From assembly GCA_051003155.1 (NCBI GenBank), contig JBPCLO010000038.1:1-44738 (forward strand): DNA of 44,738 nucleotides, in the 5' to 3' direction. Positions 1 to 8,670 of this stretch are shown piece after piece. Position numbers and translations under genes: made by a program. Below the pieces are notes generated by a model. That model was not told where the DNA came from. It saw nothing but the letters and a program-made list of their open reading frames with translations, and did not search any database. This DNA comes from Fimbriimonadales bacterium (GTDB lineage Bacteria > Armatimonadota > Fimbriimonadia > Fimbriimonadales > ATM1). Position 1 is the first letter of the stretch, and every line of letters begins with the position of its first letter.

Positions 1-2
1 AA

Positions 3-896
3 ACCAACAACACCGGTCAGGCAGCATATGTTTACGTCACCGGATATTCTGAGGCTCCTCCGGGTCCGGGCTCGACGAGCACCGACTACACCACGCTGCG
101 CTACAACGGTGTCAATGCGCTCACCCATGACTGGGTAACGCATTATGCCGGCCTCGGCGGAAACGCAATCGACCGGGCAAACGACATCGCCGTTGCCGGC
201 AACGGGAATGTTTACGTCACCGGCCAGAGCATGGGCTCGGCCAACTTCGACTATGCGACCGTGAAATATAACAAGGCCGGACAGCTGCAACATGCCATCC
301 GTTATCAGCTGTATGGCGAAGCTCTCGGGCTCGCCATCGCGGTCTCCTGCGCCGGGAACGCCCATGTGACGGGGCACGTCGAGGCATCTACGATCGATTA
401 CCTGTCGATCCTGTACACGCAGCCGGTGAGTAACGTGGCGGTCACATCCGTCACCGTAGTACGTGGTACTTACGAAAGCGGCGATGTAAACTCGTTGCTG
501 ACTTCGAATGATCAGTACTTGGTGTATAAACCAGGTCCTGTGTTTGTGTCCGGCGAATACCCCATCCAGCTCGTGATGAACGGAACGTCTCCCCAAGAGC
601 TTCCGAACCCAAATGAGCTTTGTTTCACGCTGGAGGCACACACAAGCCAACCGAATATTACGCAGAAGATCGAGCTTTACGATTGGCAGTCGGCAAGCTA
701 CGTTATCGTGGACGAACGGATCGCTACCACAGCCGATTCGGTCGTTCATGCTCACGCAACCTACGACGCAACTCGGTTCGTCCAAGCGGGTACGCGAGCG
801 GTACGGACTAAGGTTTCGTATAAGCAGGTCGGCACTATATTCGTTTACCCGTGGTTCGCGCGGATCGACTTCGCTGGCTGGCACGTTCTGCAGTAA
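3..896 (+). CDS. SBBP/beta-propeller repeat protein with conserved C-terminal domain (5'-truncated by window edge)
   Basis: Frame is open from position 3 (TNNTGQAAYVYVTGYS...DYTTLRY...DRANDIAVAGNGNVYVTGQS...DYATVKY), with repeated 'vYVTG...DY.T++Y' blades. The last ~150 aa align with the C-terminus of 14762..16723. Confidence 0.8.
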   Translation, partial: TNNTGQAAYVYVTGYSEAPPGPGSTSTDYTTLRYNGVNALTHDWVTHYAGLGGNAIDRANDIAVAGNGNVYVTGQSMGSANFDYATVKYNKAGQLQHAIRYQLYGEALGLAIAVSCAGNAHVTGHVEASTIDYLSILYTQPVSNVAVTSVTVVRGTYESGDVNSLLTSNDQYLVYKPGPVFVSGEYPIQLVMNGTSPQELPNPNELCFTLEAHTSQPNITQKIELYDWQSASYVIVDERIATTADSVVHAHATYDATRFVQAGTRAVRTKVSYKQVGTIFVYPWFARIDFAGWHVLQ

Positions 897-909
897 GAGC
901 GGCCTTCCT

Positions 910-951
910 GTCCCTCTCCGCGGTACGTCATCGCGGGGAGGGACCTTTTTT
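910..951 (+). terminator. Rho-independent terminator
   Basis: GTCCCTCTCCGCG-loop-CGCGGGGAGGGAC followed by CTTTTTT, just after the stop at 896. Confidence 0.85.
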
Positions 952-1054
952 GATCCCGATTCGCCAGTCGGCAGTCGCCCGTCGATCGCCCTCCCCGAGA
1001 CTTTTATGCGCATATTCGAATATACTAATATTCTGCGCTGACAGGAGCACTCCG

Positions 1055-1717
1055 ATGAATTATCAAACCGTGAAAATCAAGACCCGCGATGGAGCCAGGA
1101 CCGCCTCGGAGAAGAAGAAGAAACTCGAAGCGGGTGAATTACCCGTCGTGCTTAGCCGCTCCGGCAGCGCCGCCGTGTCCCTCACGGTCGAAACAGCCGA
1201 ACTCCAGAAGGCCGTGCACCGCTCCGGGATGGGCGGGATCATGGAGTTGATAGAGGACGGCGGAGACAAACACCTTGGGATGCTAAAAGAGCTCCAATGG
1301 CACCCAGTAACGCGGAAGCTGCGACACGCGAGCTTCCAAGAGGTCAAGCGCAATCAGGTCGTCAACACGACCGTGCCGCTCATTTTTGTTGGAGAGCCCG
1401 CGCCTGTCACCGACCGCTCGGGCCAGTTTATCAAGAGCAACGAAGCCGTCGATGTCCACGCCAAGGTGAGCAGCCTGCCCGACCACATCACGCTCGACAT
1501 CGGCGGGATGCTCGTCGGCGACGTGCTGACCGCGGGGGGCATTCCCATGCCGGACGGGTGTGAAGCCGTTAACCCCGATACGGTTATTTGTTCGGTCACC
1601 ACGCCGACCGTCATTCTCCTCGATGTTCCGACTGCGGAGACGGACGTGCTTGGTGAGGCGGAAGCTGAAGGCGGCGAGACGGAAGAAACCACAGAAAAGA
1701 CCAACACCGAAGAGTAG
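1055..1717 (+). CDS. rplY: 50S ribosomal protein L25/CTC family (long form)
   Basis: AGGAG at 1043-1047 before ATG 1055. Motifs LKELQWHPVTRKLRHASF, VPLIFVGE, LPDHITLDI..M.VGD, and an acidic tail. Confidence 0.85.
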   Translation: MNYQTVKIKTRDGARTASEKKKKLEAGELPVVLSRSGSAAVSLTVETAELQKAVHRSGMGGIMELIEDGGDKHLGMLKELQWHPVTRKLRHASFQEVKRNQVVNTTVPLIFVGEPAPVTDRSGQFIKSNEAVDVHAKVSSLPDHITLDIGGMLVGDVLTAGGIPMPDGCEAVNPDTVICSVTTPTVILLDVPTAETDVLGEAEAEGGETEETTEKTNTEE

Positions 1718-1767
1718 CCCCAAGCGCTCTCCGCAAGCCGTGCGCTTCGTGCACAAAGGAGTTTTAT

Positions 1768-3204
1768 ATGGCATCGATGGCAGCTTCGATTAGAGCTGGC
1801 GACGGCAAGACCATCAAGGGCATGCTTTCGACGGCGGTCGATGGCAAAATCAAGCCAACGGTCCTTTCCAAGAACGGTATGGTGCTCGGCGGGTCCGGCG
1901 AGGGCACGGTTCCTTTCGAGAGCGCCGACGGCTCGAAGGCGATCGTCTTCTCGGGCGATCTTTACAACGCCGATAAGCTCAAGCCGTTCCTAAAGCCAGC
2001 GCCCAAGTCAGACTCGCACGCTGAAATCGTGCTCGGCCTTTACAAGCTCAAGGGCCGGAAGTGCGTACACTACCTAGACGGGCCCTTCTCGTTCGTGATT
2101 GTCGACGGACACGATTTTTATGCCGCCCGCGACCCTCTCGGGGTAAAGCCGTTCTACTTCGCAAAGAACGACGGCGGCTGGCTTTTCGCCTCCGAGCTAA
2201 AGGCCTTCGGTCCGGACGTAAAGAAGGTCTCCGAGTTTCCCCCCGGATGCTATCTCGCTTCGGAAACCGGCGCCCGACGTTACTTTAAGATTCCGGAGCC
2301 TCCCACCAAGCACGTGAACTTGACAGACGCGGTCGAGATGGTTCGCGTGCTCGTCGGCGACTCGATCGAGAAGCGCATTTCGCCCCACGGAGATGTGGGC
2401 ATCTATCTGACCGGCACCCTTGAGAGCTGCATCATCGCCGCGCTCGCCGCCCAGAAGGTTAAGAGGATCAAGACATTCTCCGTCGGCCTTGCAGGCTCGC
2501 AGGACGGCCACACCGCGAAACGCGTTGCAAGCTGGCTGAACACCGATCACAAACATGTCGAGGTCTCCGAGCAGGAGGTCGTCGATAGCATCCAAGGCGT
2601 CGTTCACGGCCTGGAATCCTTCGACGCCGGCCTCGTTCGCCATGCCGTCGCCGACTACTTTGCAACAAGAGAGGCGTCCCAGCATGTCAAGAGCCTGATC
2701 AGTTCCGATGGAGCCAACGAGTTGTTCGGCGGCTACGCATACCTGCGGCCCATGTTCAGCGAAAAGCTGGCGAACGAGCTCCGTGCGATTACGCAAGACC
2801 TCCACAAAACCAACCTGCTTCGGTGGGAGCGGATGACGTCCATGTTCGGAATCGAGGCGCGAATGCCATTCGTCGACCGCAAACTCGTTCACGCTGCATT
2901 CCATCTGCCCGCAAACCTCAAGATCAACGAGGAGGGGCGATCGAAGTGGATTCTTCGCCGAGCGTTCAGCACGCTGCTGCCCGCTTGGGTCGTCGATCGC
3001 CCGGACAACGACGACACGTTCAACGCCGGCATCACGATGGCGCTCGAAGAATACGCGGGAACCGTCTTCACCGACGAGGACCTGTCGAAGGAAAAGAAGG
3101 AGACTCTGAATCTTCGCACTAAGGACGAACTCCTGTATTTCCAAATCTGGCGTGCCAGATTCCCTTCGGAGTACGTCCATTTGGTTGGCCGTACTCAATT
3201 GTAG
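1768..3204 (+). CDS. Asparagine synthetase B-like protein with degenerate catalytic motifs
   Basis: Ntn-like domain (LDGPFSF, ARDPLGVKPFYF, FASELKA) plus synthetase domain (ELFGGY, EARMPFVD, KWILRRAF). Lacks Cys1, and SGGLDS reads TGTLES. Confidence 0.8.
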   Translation: MASMAASIRAGDGKTIKGMLSTAVDGKIKPTVLSKNGMVLGGSGEGTVPFESADGSKAIVFSGDLYNADKLKPFLKPAPKSDSHAEIVLGLYKLKGRKCVHYLDGPFSFVIVDGHDFYAARDPLGVKPFYFAKNDGGWLFASELKAFGPDVKKVSEFPPGCYLASETGARRYFKIPEPPTKHVNLTDAVEMVRVLVGDSIEKRISPHGDVGIYLTGTLESCIIAALAAQKVKRIKTFSVGLAGSQDGHTAKRVASWLNTDHKHVEVSEQEVVDSIQGVVHGLESFDAGLVRHAVADYFATREASQHVKSLISSDGANELFGGYAYLRPMFSEKLANELRAITQDLHKTNLLRWERMTSMFGIEARMPFVDRKLVHAAFHLPANLKINEEGRSKWILRRAFSTLLPAWVVDRPDNDDTFNAGITMALEEYAGTVFTDEDLSKEKKETLNLRTKDELLYFQIWRARFPSEYVHLVGRTQL

Positions 3205-3210
3205 GTTTGA

Positions 3211-3615
3211 ATGGAAGACAAAGAAGAGGCTTTGGAGGAGCAGACTTTGGCCGGAGGCTTCCGGTCGCATTCGTCTGGCTTCGAAATCCTTTCTGATCTA
3301 GCCAACGGGTCCGAAAATAAGTTCGCGGCTGAATTGCTCACCTCCCTCGCGCACGCTACTCGCGTGCGAATTGTGAACTTGCTGCGCAAAGAGCCGCTAT
3401 CGGTCAGCCAAATTACTGCGGGTCTTCAGATATCCCAAGCGAACGCCTCGCAGCACCTCGCGGTGCTCTTGCGGTCCGGAGCTTTGGCGCGCGCGTCGAA
3501 CGGGACCACGCGGCTTTATAGCCTCCGTGATCCCAGCGTGGCAAAAGTGCTCGACATCATCGAAGAGTTCCGCCAAGCCCATCGCGAAGACCTGGCGGCG
3601 GAACTCGTCGGCTAA
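3211..3615 (+). CDS. ArsR/SmtB family transcriptional regulator
   Basis: LAHATRVRIVNLL...LSVSQI...ISQANASQHLAVL...G....YSL winged-HTH pattern. Confidence 0.85.
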   Translation: MEDKEEALEEQTLAGGFRSHSSGFEILSDLANGSENKFAAELLTSLAHATRVRIVNLLRKEPLSVSQITAGLQISQANASQHLAVLLRSGALARASNGTTRLYSLRDPSVAKVLDIIEEFRQAHREDLAAELVG

Positions 3616-3616
3616 T

Positions 3617-4801
3617 CTACTGATGCTCGCGCCAGGCGAGCCTAACGTCTCCACTGACCGCGCTTGCATCGAGCGTGCCTTCGCCCGAACCTACCGTGCC
3701 GGTGATTCGCTCTTCCGTTTGACGCTCTTCGTCGAGATCGATCCGGCTTGAGACCGAGCCGTTCAGGGACGATAGCGAGACCCGGCAGTTCGAGCCGCTT
3801 GCGATGTCGATCAGGATGTCGCCCGATACCGTTCGCGCGTTAAGCGCCCCGGCAATCGGCTCGGCGACGTCGAGGTCGATGTCGCCACTCACGGACTCCA
3901 CGGAGATCGCGGCCGCTGACACGTCCTTGCAGCGAACGTCGCCGCTCGCCGACCGGATAACGATATTTCCCTTCGTGTTAATTAGAGCCACGTCGCCCGA
4001 CTTGTTCTCCACTTCGATGAGCGAGGCGTCGGATTGCCTGATCTGCACATCGCCCGCGTAGCTGATGATCTCGACGCTGCCGGTTAGGTCTTGCGCCTCG
4101 ATGTCGCCCGACTTGGCGTCGAGCCTTAGGCTTCCCTTCGTGTCACGAACCTTCACGTCACCACTTTGTATGCGAATGTCGAGGTCGATTCCCGAGGGCA
4201 CCTGAAGCTCCAAATCCTCTTCCAGGGCTTCGGCAGATTGACGAATTGTGACCGATCCGTCGTTCTCTTCGATGACCGGAGTCCAAGCTTCCGCCTTGTT
4301 GTGGGCGTCGTCCTTATCGGTTCCGCGCAGCTTGGCAGTGGCGATCAGCTTGGGTTCGGAAAAGCCGCCGAGGACCTTCACGTCGCCACTGGTGCGCTCC
4401 AACCGGATCGTCTTGCCTGGTGAGATGCTCAGCGGCAGCTCGACGGTCTTCGTTTCGTACGGGCCGAACCACGGGAACTTGTAGTTGCCCTTGCTCAGGT
4501 GGTCGACGCTGTCGCGGAGTGTGTCCACGCCCTTCTTCGTTGCCGATCGGACTTGCGTAGCGACACTGCTCCAGTCGACGCCCCCGATCGCCTCCTTGGT
4601 CATCTTCTCGATGCTGTCGACGAATTTGCGAAAGGGCTCTTCGTGCTTCGGCTTTTCCTTCTCGCCAGGTGGTGGGGGCGGTGGGGTTGCCGCCTGATCA
4701 TGGTCGAAGTTTGTGAACGCGTCCATCAGATCGAACGCGTCTTCGGGCGAGAGCCGTCCCTCTTGCACCATCTTAAGAATTCTAAGGACCTGGTCCTTCA
4801 C
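3617..4801 (-). CDS. DUF4097 beta-strand-repeat protein with N-terminal SHOCT-like (YvlB/LiaX-like) domain
   Basis: N-terminal RILKMVQEGRLSPEDAFDLM and repeated 'SGD(V/I)' beta-strand units in the C-terminal half. Confidence 0.8.
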   Translation of the reverse strand: MKDQVLRILKMVQEGRLSPEDAFDLMDAFTNFDHDQAATPPPPPPGEKEKPKHEEPFRKFVDSIEKMTKEAIGGVDWSSVATQVRSATKKGVDTLRDSVDHLSKGNYKFPWFGPYETKTVELPLSISPGKTIRLERTSGDVKVLGGFSEPKLIATAKLRGTDKDDAHNKAEAWTPVIEENDGSVTIRQSAEALEEDLELQVPSGIDLDIRIQSGDVKVRDTKGSLRLDAKSGDIEAQDLTGSVEIISYAGDVQIRQSDASLIEVENKSGDVALINTKGNIVIRSASGDVRCKDVSAAAISVESVSGDIDLDVAEPIAGALNARTVSGDILIDIASGSNCRVSLSSLNGSVSSRIDLDEERQTEERITGTVGSGEGTLDASAVSGDVRLAWREHQ

Positions 4802-5208
4802 TTGGCTGCCTCCTTCATGGCACGTTTTGCTTCCTCGGGCGTGATGTCGCCCGCCTCGAGCTTTTCAAGAATCTGCTTCTGCGAATCGGATAGCTCTCGC
4901 CGGCCGTTATTGACCGCGTCCGTAGACGGGGCGAGGTCGAGCGCTTTCAGGAGCGCGTCGAGGCGCGAACGCACGGTCGGATAGCTAATTCCAAGCTCTT
5001 TTTCGACGCTGCTGATCACGCCGCGGCACCGAAGAAAGGTGATGAGAAAACTCGCTTGATCTGCCGAGAGCTTCTGAAAGGGCGATATCTTGAACCGGCC
5101 CTTAACCTGGAGCTGCGCTTGGTCGCTTCTGAACTCACTGATGTGCCATTCGCCAAGATCGGAAAGCCCGGCGGGGAGATCGTCGTGTGTTATAGGATTC
5201 CCGCTCAT
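4798..5208 (-). CDS. DUF2089 family protein
   Basis: FLRCRGVISSVEKELGISYPTVRSRLD and C-terminal ILEKLEAGDITPEEA. Overlaps the DUF4097 gene by 4 nt, a typical pairing. Confidence 0.85.
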   Translation of the reverse strand: MSGNPITHDDLPAGLSDLGEWHISEFRSDQAQLQVKGRFKISPFQKLSADQASFLITFLRCRGVISSVEKELGISYPTVRSRLDALLKALDLAPSTDAVNNGRRELSDSQKQILEKLEAGDITPEEAKRAMKEAAK

Positions 5209-5271
5209 AGCCCTTCCTACCGAAATCTTGAGGAACGGGTTTCGATTTTCTCAGGGATTGTCTAGTGAGGC

Positions 5272-5958
5272 TTAGGTTTCCATGCGAGGAGGCGGCTGGC
5301 TCGCGAGCCCTTGCTTCTTTCGCATTTGACTCTGCGCGATCGTCCCGATGAGCACGATGATGATAACTCCGGCTACGAAATTGAGCAGGCTTGAGCCAAT
5401 ACTGAGGTACGCACTCGATTTGAAGTCGTCCATACTCGGCGATTCGCCGCGCACGAAGCTTGCCGATAGCGATTCGAGAACACCGGCAACAAGCCAGGCG
5501 CCCCACCAAACGCCGAGGCTCGCCGGGACCGAGGCGTGCCCCTCGGCAGCGCTGTTCGAGGGCGAGCGGCTACCTCGCCAAATCTCGCGCATGATCGCAT
5601 ACGGCCGGAAGATGTTGAGGATCGGAATGAACCACGAACCGACGGCCCAGCCCGGCGTGTACTCGACTTCGCGCACTTCGAGAGCGTGCAAGTTCCGGTT
5701 CGCCCGATGCACCCAGACCAGGAACATGATGGCGACGATGACGAACGTTGCAATAAGGCCTATCGCGATTTTCAGATTCATCGCATCGAAGGCGTCCGCC
5801 TCGGCCGCGCCGACGGTTCCCGCTTCGAACTGCGGTAGAAGGGACAGGAGCTTGAATTCCATGGCGCACGCGACGGCCTCCCCGGCCAGCGAGACGCCGA
5901 CTCCGACTTGCACTGCCTTTGTCAGTCCATCGAGCGGAGCATATCGATAAGCCGGCAT
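5272..5958 (-). CDS. DUF4328 family membrane protein
   Basis: FLVWVHRANRNL...TPGWAVGSWFIPILNIFRPYAIMREIWRGS...WWGAWL. Start placed at ATG 5958; the track's 5' extension overlaps the opposite-strand VOC gene. Confidence 0.8.
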   Translation of the reverse strand: MPAYRYAPLDGLTKAVQVGVGVSLAGEAVACAMEFKLLSLLPQFEAGTVGAAEADAFDAMNLKIAIGLIATFVIVAIMFLVWVHRANRNLHALEVREVEYTPGWAVGSWFIPILNIFRPYAIMREIWRGSRSPSNSAAEGHASVPASLGVWWGAWLVAGVLESLSASFVRGESPSMDDFKSSAYLSIGSSLLNFVAGVIIIVLIGTIAQSQMRKKQGLASQPPPRMET

Positions 5959-6003
5959 GGTGACCTGACGAACCTGGAGGCCCTTATGCACCACAATGTG
6001 GCT

Positions 6004-6372
6004 ATGAGTGCGGCCGTCCGGTACATCGTGAAGGACGTCGGCGCGAGCGTGGAGTTCTACGCTTCGGCTTTGGGTTTCGAGTAACTTGAGCGGTTCGGCG
6101 ATGCCAGGGCAATCTTGCGGTCGGGTGAACTCGAGCTCTGGGTTGCCGGCCCGGGCGCATCGGCCTCGCGCCCAATGCCCGACGGCCGTACGCCCGCGCC
6201 GGGCGGCTGGAACAGAATCGCGGTCATTGTGAAGGACCTCGACGCAACGGTCGCGCGCTTGAACCAACTCCGTACGTCATTTCGCAACGAACTCGTCTCC
6301 GGGCCGGGAGGCCGGCAAATCCTAATCGACGATCCGTCGGGCAACCCAATCGAACTGTTCGAGCCCCGCTGA
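6004..6372 (+). pseudogene. VOC/glyoxalase family protein interrupted by an in-frame TAA (pseudogene or sequence error)
   Basis: MSAAVRYIVKDVGASVEFYASALGFE*LERFG...PGGWNRI...GPGGRQILIDDPSGNPIELFEP. The TAA is at 6082-6084 and both halves are in one frame. Confidence 0.8.
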
Positions 6373-6392
6373 CTATCAGGCATACTTTAGCC

Positions 6393-7178
6393 ATGAGCGG
6401 CAATTTCGCTGAGCTTGTGGGATTTCCGGCCACTTTGGGCACCATGCCGTCGGGCATGAAGGAAACGCGCGGCACAACTGTGCTTGCTCTGCGCTACAAG
6501 GGTGGCATCTTGAACTTGGGCGATCGGCGAGCGACGGCGGCCAATTACGTCATGTACGACAGGGCCGAGAAGGTCATGCCGCTCGACGATTCGACGCTGA
6601 TCGCGATCTCCGGCTCCTACGCCCGAAGCATCGAGATTGTGCGCTACCTGAAGCACTCGTTCAAGTACTACTCGCGGACGCAACTTCAAGACCTGAGCCT
6701 CGAAGGCAAGCTGCAAGAGGTCACGCGGGCGCTCTCCGGCAACCTTCCGATGACTCTCGACGGCGTCGGCATTTTCATCCCTCTGATCAGCGCTTACGAC
6801 CTCCGGTCAGAAACCTTCGGCATATACTTCTACGACGCCATGGGCGCTAGGTTCGAAAGCGGCGATTTCGGGGCGGCGGGCTCGGGCTCGGAAAGGATTC
6901 GCGGCATCTTCGACTACATCACGCGCGTCAAGGGCGACTTCGACGCTCGCCCGTTCGCGGATGTTCTGCGTGACGGCCTGACGATGCTCGACATCGCGGC
7001 ACAGCTCGACAGCGCAACCGGAGGCTTGGACAGGATTCCTCCGCTCGCGATTGTTGTCGAAGCCGAGGGCATTCGAAAGCTCGCGGCGAAGGAGATCGCG
7101 AGCGCCGTAGCCGACGTGAAGGCAAGCGACGCCGGCCAACGAGGCGGTGGAGCGCCGGCCGCAGGAGGCGGGCGATGA
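6393..7178 (+). CDS. prcB: 20S proteasome beta subunit
   Basis: Propeptide, then G|TTVLA with Thr1, Asp17 (GDRRAT) and Lys33 at exact spacing; also GSGS and DSATGG. Confidence 0.92.
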   Translation: MSGNFAELVGFPATLGTMPSGMKETRGTTVLALRYKGGILNLGDRRATAANYVMYDRAEKVMPLDDSTLIAISGSYARSIEIVRYLKHSFKYYSRTQLQDLSLEGKLQEVTRALSGNLPMTLDGVGIFIPLISAYDLRSETFGIYFYDAMGARFESGDFGAAGSGSERIRGIFDYITRVKGDFDARPFADVLRDGLTMLDIAAQLDSATGGLDRIPPLAIVVEAEGIRKLAAKEIASAVADVKASDAGQRGGGAPAAGGGR

Positions 7179-7861
7179 TCTCTCCTTATGACTGGCAAGA
7201 AAGCGTCGTCCAACGAGCACAGTATACGGAGAATCGGCTGCGCGGCGGATCTCCGATCGTCGGGATGTCGCTTGACGAGGGGCTGTTGATTTATACCTAC
7301 AGGCGGCAGGTACGGAAGGTGTACGAGGTTTACGACAGGCTAATGTTCTCGGCCATGGGCCAGCAGGCTGACGTCGAGAACCTGCGCCTCACCGCGGTCG
7401 ACTTTGCACACAAAGAAGGCTTCTCCCGAAGCGAGGCGGATGTCACGATCGGGCGGGTCGTCGGCTTCGCCCTCAGCAGCCCGATGAAGCGCGCATTCGG
7501 AGACATTTCGGCGGCGCCGTTCGTCATCCACGCGCTCTTCGCCGAGCTAAACGAAGGCGCGGCGAACGACCAGTTTTTCAAGCTGAGGTACGACGGCGAC
7601 TTCGAGGCGCGGAAGCACTACGCCGTTTCGGCCGGCACCCCGGACGCCGAGGCACGCATGTGCAGCCTCCTGAAAGAGAAGCACAAGGCATCGATGAAGC
7701 TCGAAGCCGCGATGGCGTTGGCCGACGCGGTCTGGCGCATCGGCGCGGACGTGGATGGCAACGGCGAGCCGGACGCGAACTTAATGGCAGAATCTCGGCC
7801 CGAGGCCGGCTTTTTGGATAGAAACACCGAGCATGAGCGTAAGTTTAGTTTGATAACATGA
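7175..7861 (+). CDS. prcA: 20S proteasome alpha subunit
   Basis: MISPYDW...RLRGGSPIVG...RKVYEVYDRLMFSAMG..ADVENLR; ATGA overlap with prcB. Confidence 0.9.
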   Translation: MISPYDWQESVVQRAQYTENRLRGGSPIVGMSLDEGLLIYTYRRQVRKVYEVYDRLMFSAMGQQADVENLRLTAVDFAHKEGFSRSEADVTIGRVVGFALSSPMKRAFGDISAAPFVIHALFAELNEGAANDQFFKLRYDGDFEARKHYAVSAGTPDAEARMCSLLKEKHKASMKLEAAMALADAVWRIGADVDGNGEPDANLMAESRPEAGFLDRNTEHERKFSLIT

Positions 7862-8670
7862 AATGCCCGATTCTTCTCATGTGTTTGGTTGTAGGCGCTG
7901 GTTGCGCTGAGAGTCTGGCGCAAACGAGCGAGCTTAAGGCCGGAACCGAAATCAAGACGATCCTGCTGCGAGAACTCACATCGGGTGGTTCAAGGGGGGG
8001 TGACTCCGTTCCTCTCCTGGTGATGGAGGACGTAAAAGATGCGTCCGGCAGCATTTTGATACCCAAGGGATCGATAGCTTATGGAAAGGTTGCCTGGTCT
8101 CGCGGAGCGACCACATTCACGAGCTTGGCGAACGAACCATCCAGGCTGGCAATAACGATCGACAGGACGACAGCGGTGGACGGGCAGGCCGTCGGGCTGA
8201 AAGCCGACAAGGAAGATGAAAAGGGCCGCTACCGGCTAACCCAGGACAACACCGAGCGCGAAAAGGCTTCGGAGGCGCTATCCGAACTTCTCAATGACGT
8301 CGATGCAAAGGAAACGCTTGAGCAAGTCCAGAAGATGTTCGAGGGTGGCGAGATACCCTCTTTCCGGCCAAACACGGAAGATGTCGCCCGCAGGCTCGGC
8401 CTAGCGAATACGCTCGCTCTCGCTCAAAAGGGTGGGCTCGCTACCATCGAAAAGCTACTGCGCGACATCGGGCGAGGCGGACTCACACACATAGCCGGGG
8501 CCGAAGCCGGGCTGGTTATCGGCGCGGTGAGCGAGCTTGCCAACATAGGAGGACAGGTCGGCGGATGGATCCCGGGACGGCTGAAAGGCTCCAACATCAA
8601 GGCGTACGCAGGGACGCCAATTACGGTGTACGTCGCCAGGCCGGCCACGGTGAAGGTATCCGGCGGCTAG
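7858..8670 (+). CDS. Hypothetical exported protein (possible lipoprotein; beta-rich N-domain reminiscent of the TrbI/VirB10-like 'IP.G+...G.V' motif)
   Basis: Hydrophobic N-terminus with VGAGC; LKAGTEI...ILIPKGSIAYGKV; ATGA overlap with prcA. Confidence 0.65.
   Translation: MKCPILLMCLVVGAGCAESLAQTSELKAGTEIKTILLRELTSGGSRGGDSVPLLVMEDVKDASGSILIPKGSIAYGKVAWSRGATTFTSLANEPSRLAITIDRTTAVDGQAVGLKADKEDEKGRYRLTQDNTEREKASEALSELLNDVDAKETLEQVQKMFEGGEIPSFRPNTEDVARRLGLANTLALAQKGGLATIEKLLRDIGRGGLTHIAGAEAGLVIGAVSELANIGGQVGGWIPGRLKGSNIKAYAGTPITVYVARPATVKVSGG

Noticed and set aside
1768..3204. Lasso-peptide cyclase interpretation of the AsnB-like gene
   Set aside because: No precursor, B protein/RRE or transporter nearby, and the ATP-binding loop is itself degenerate.
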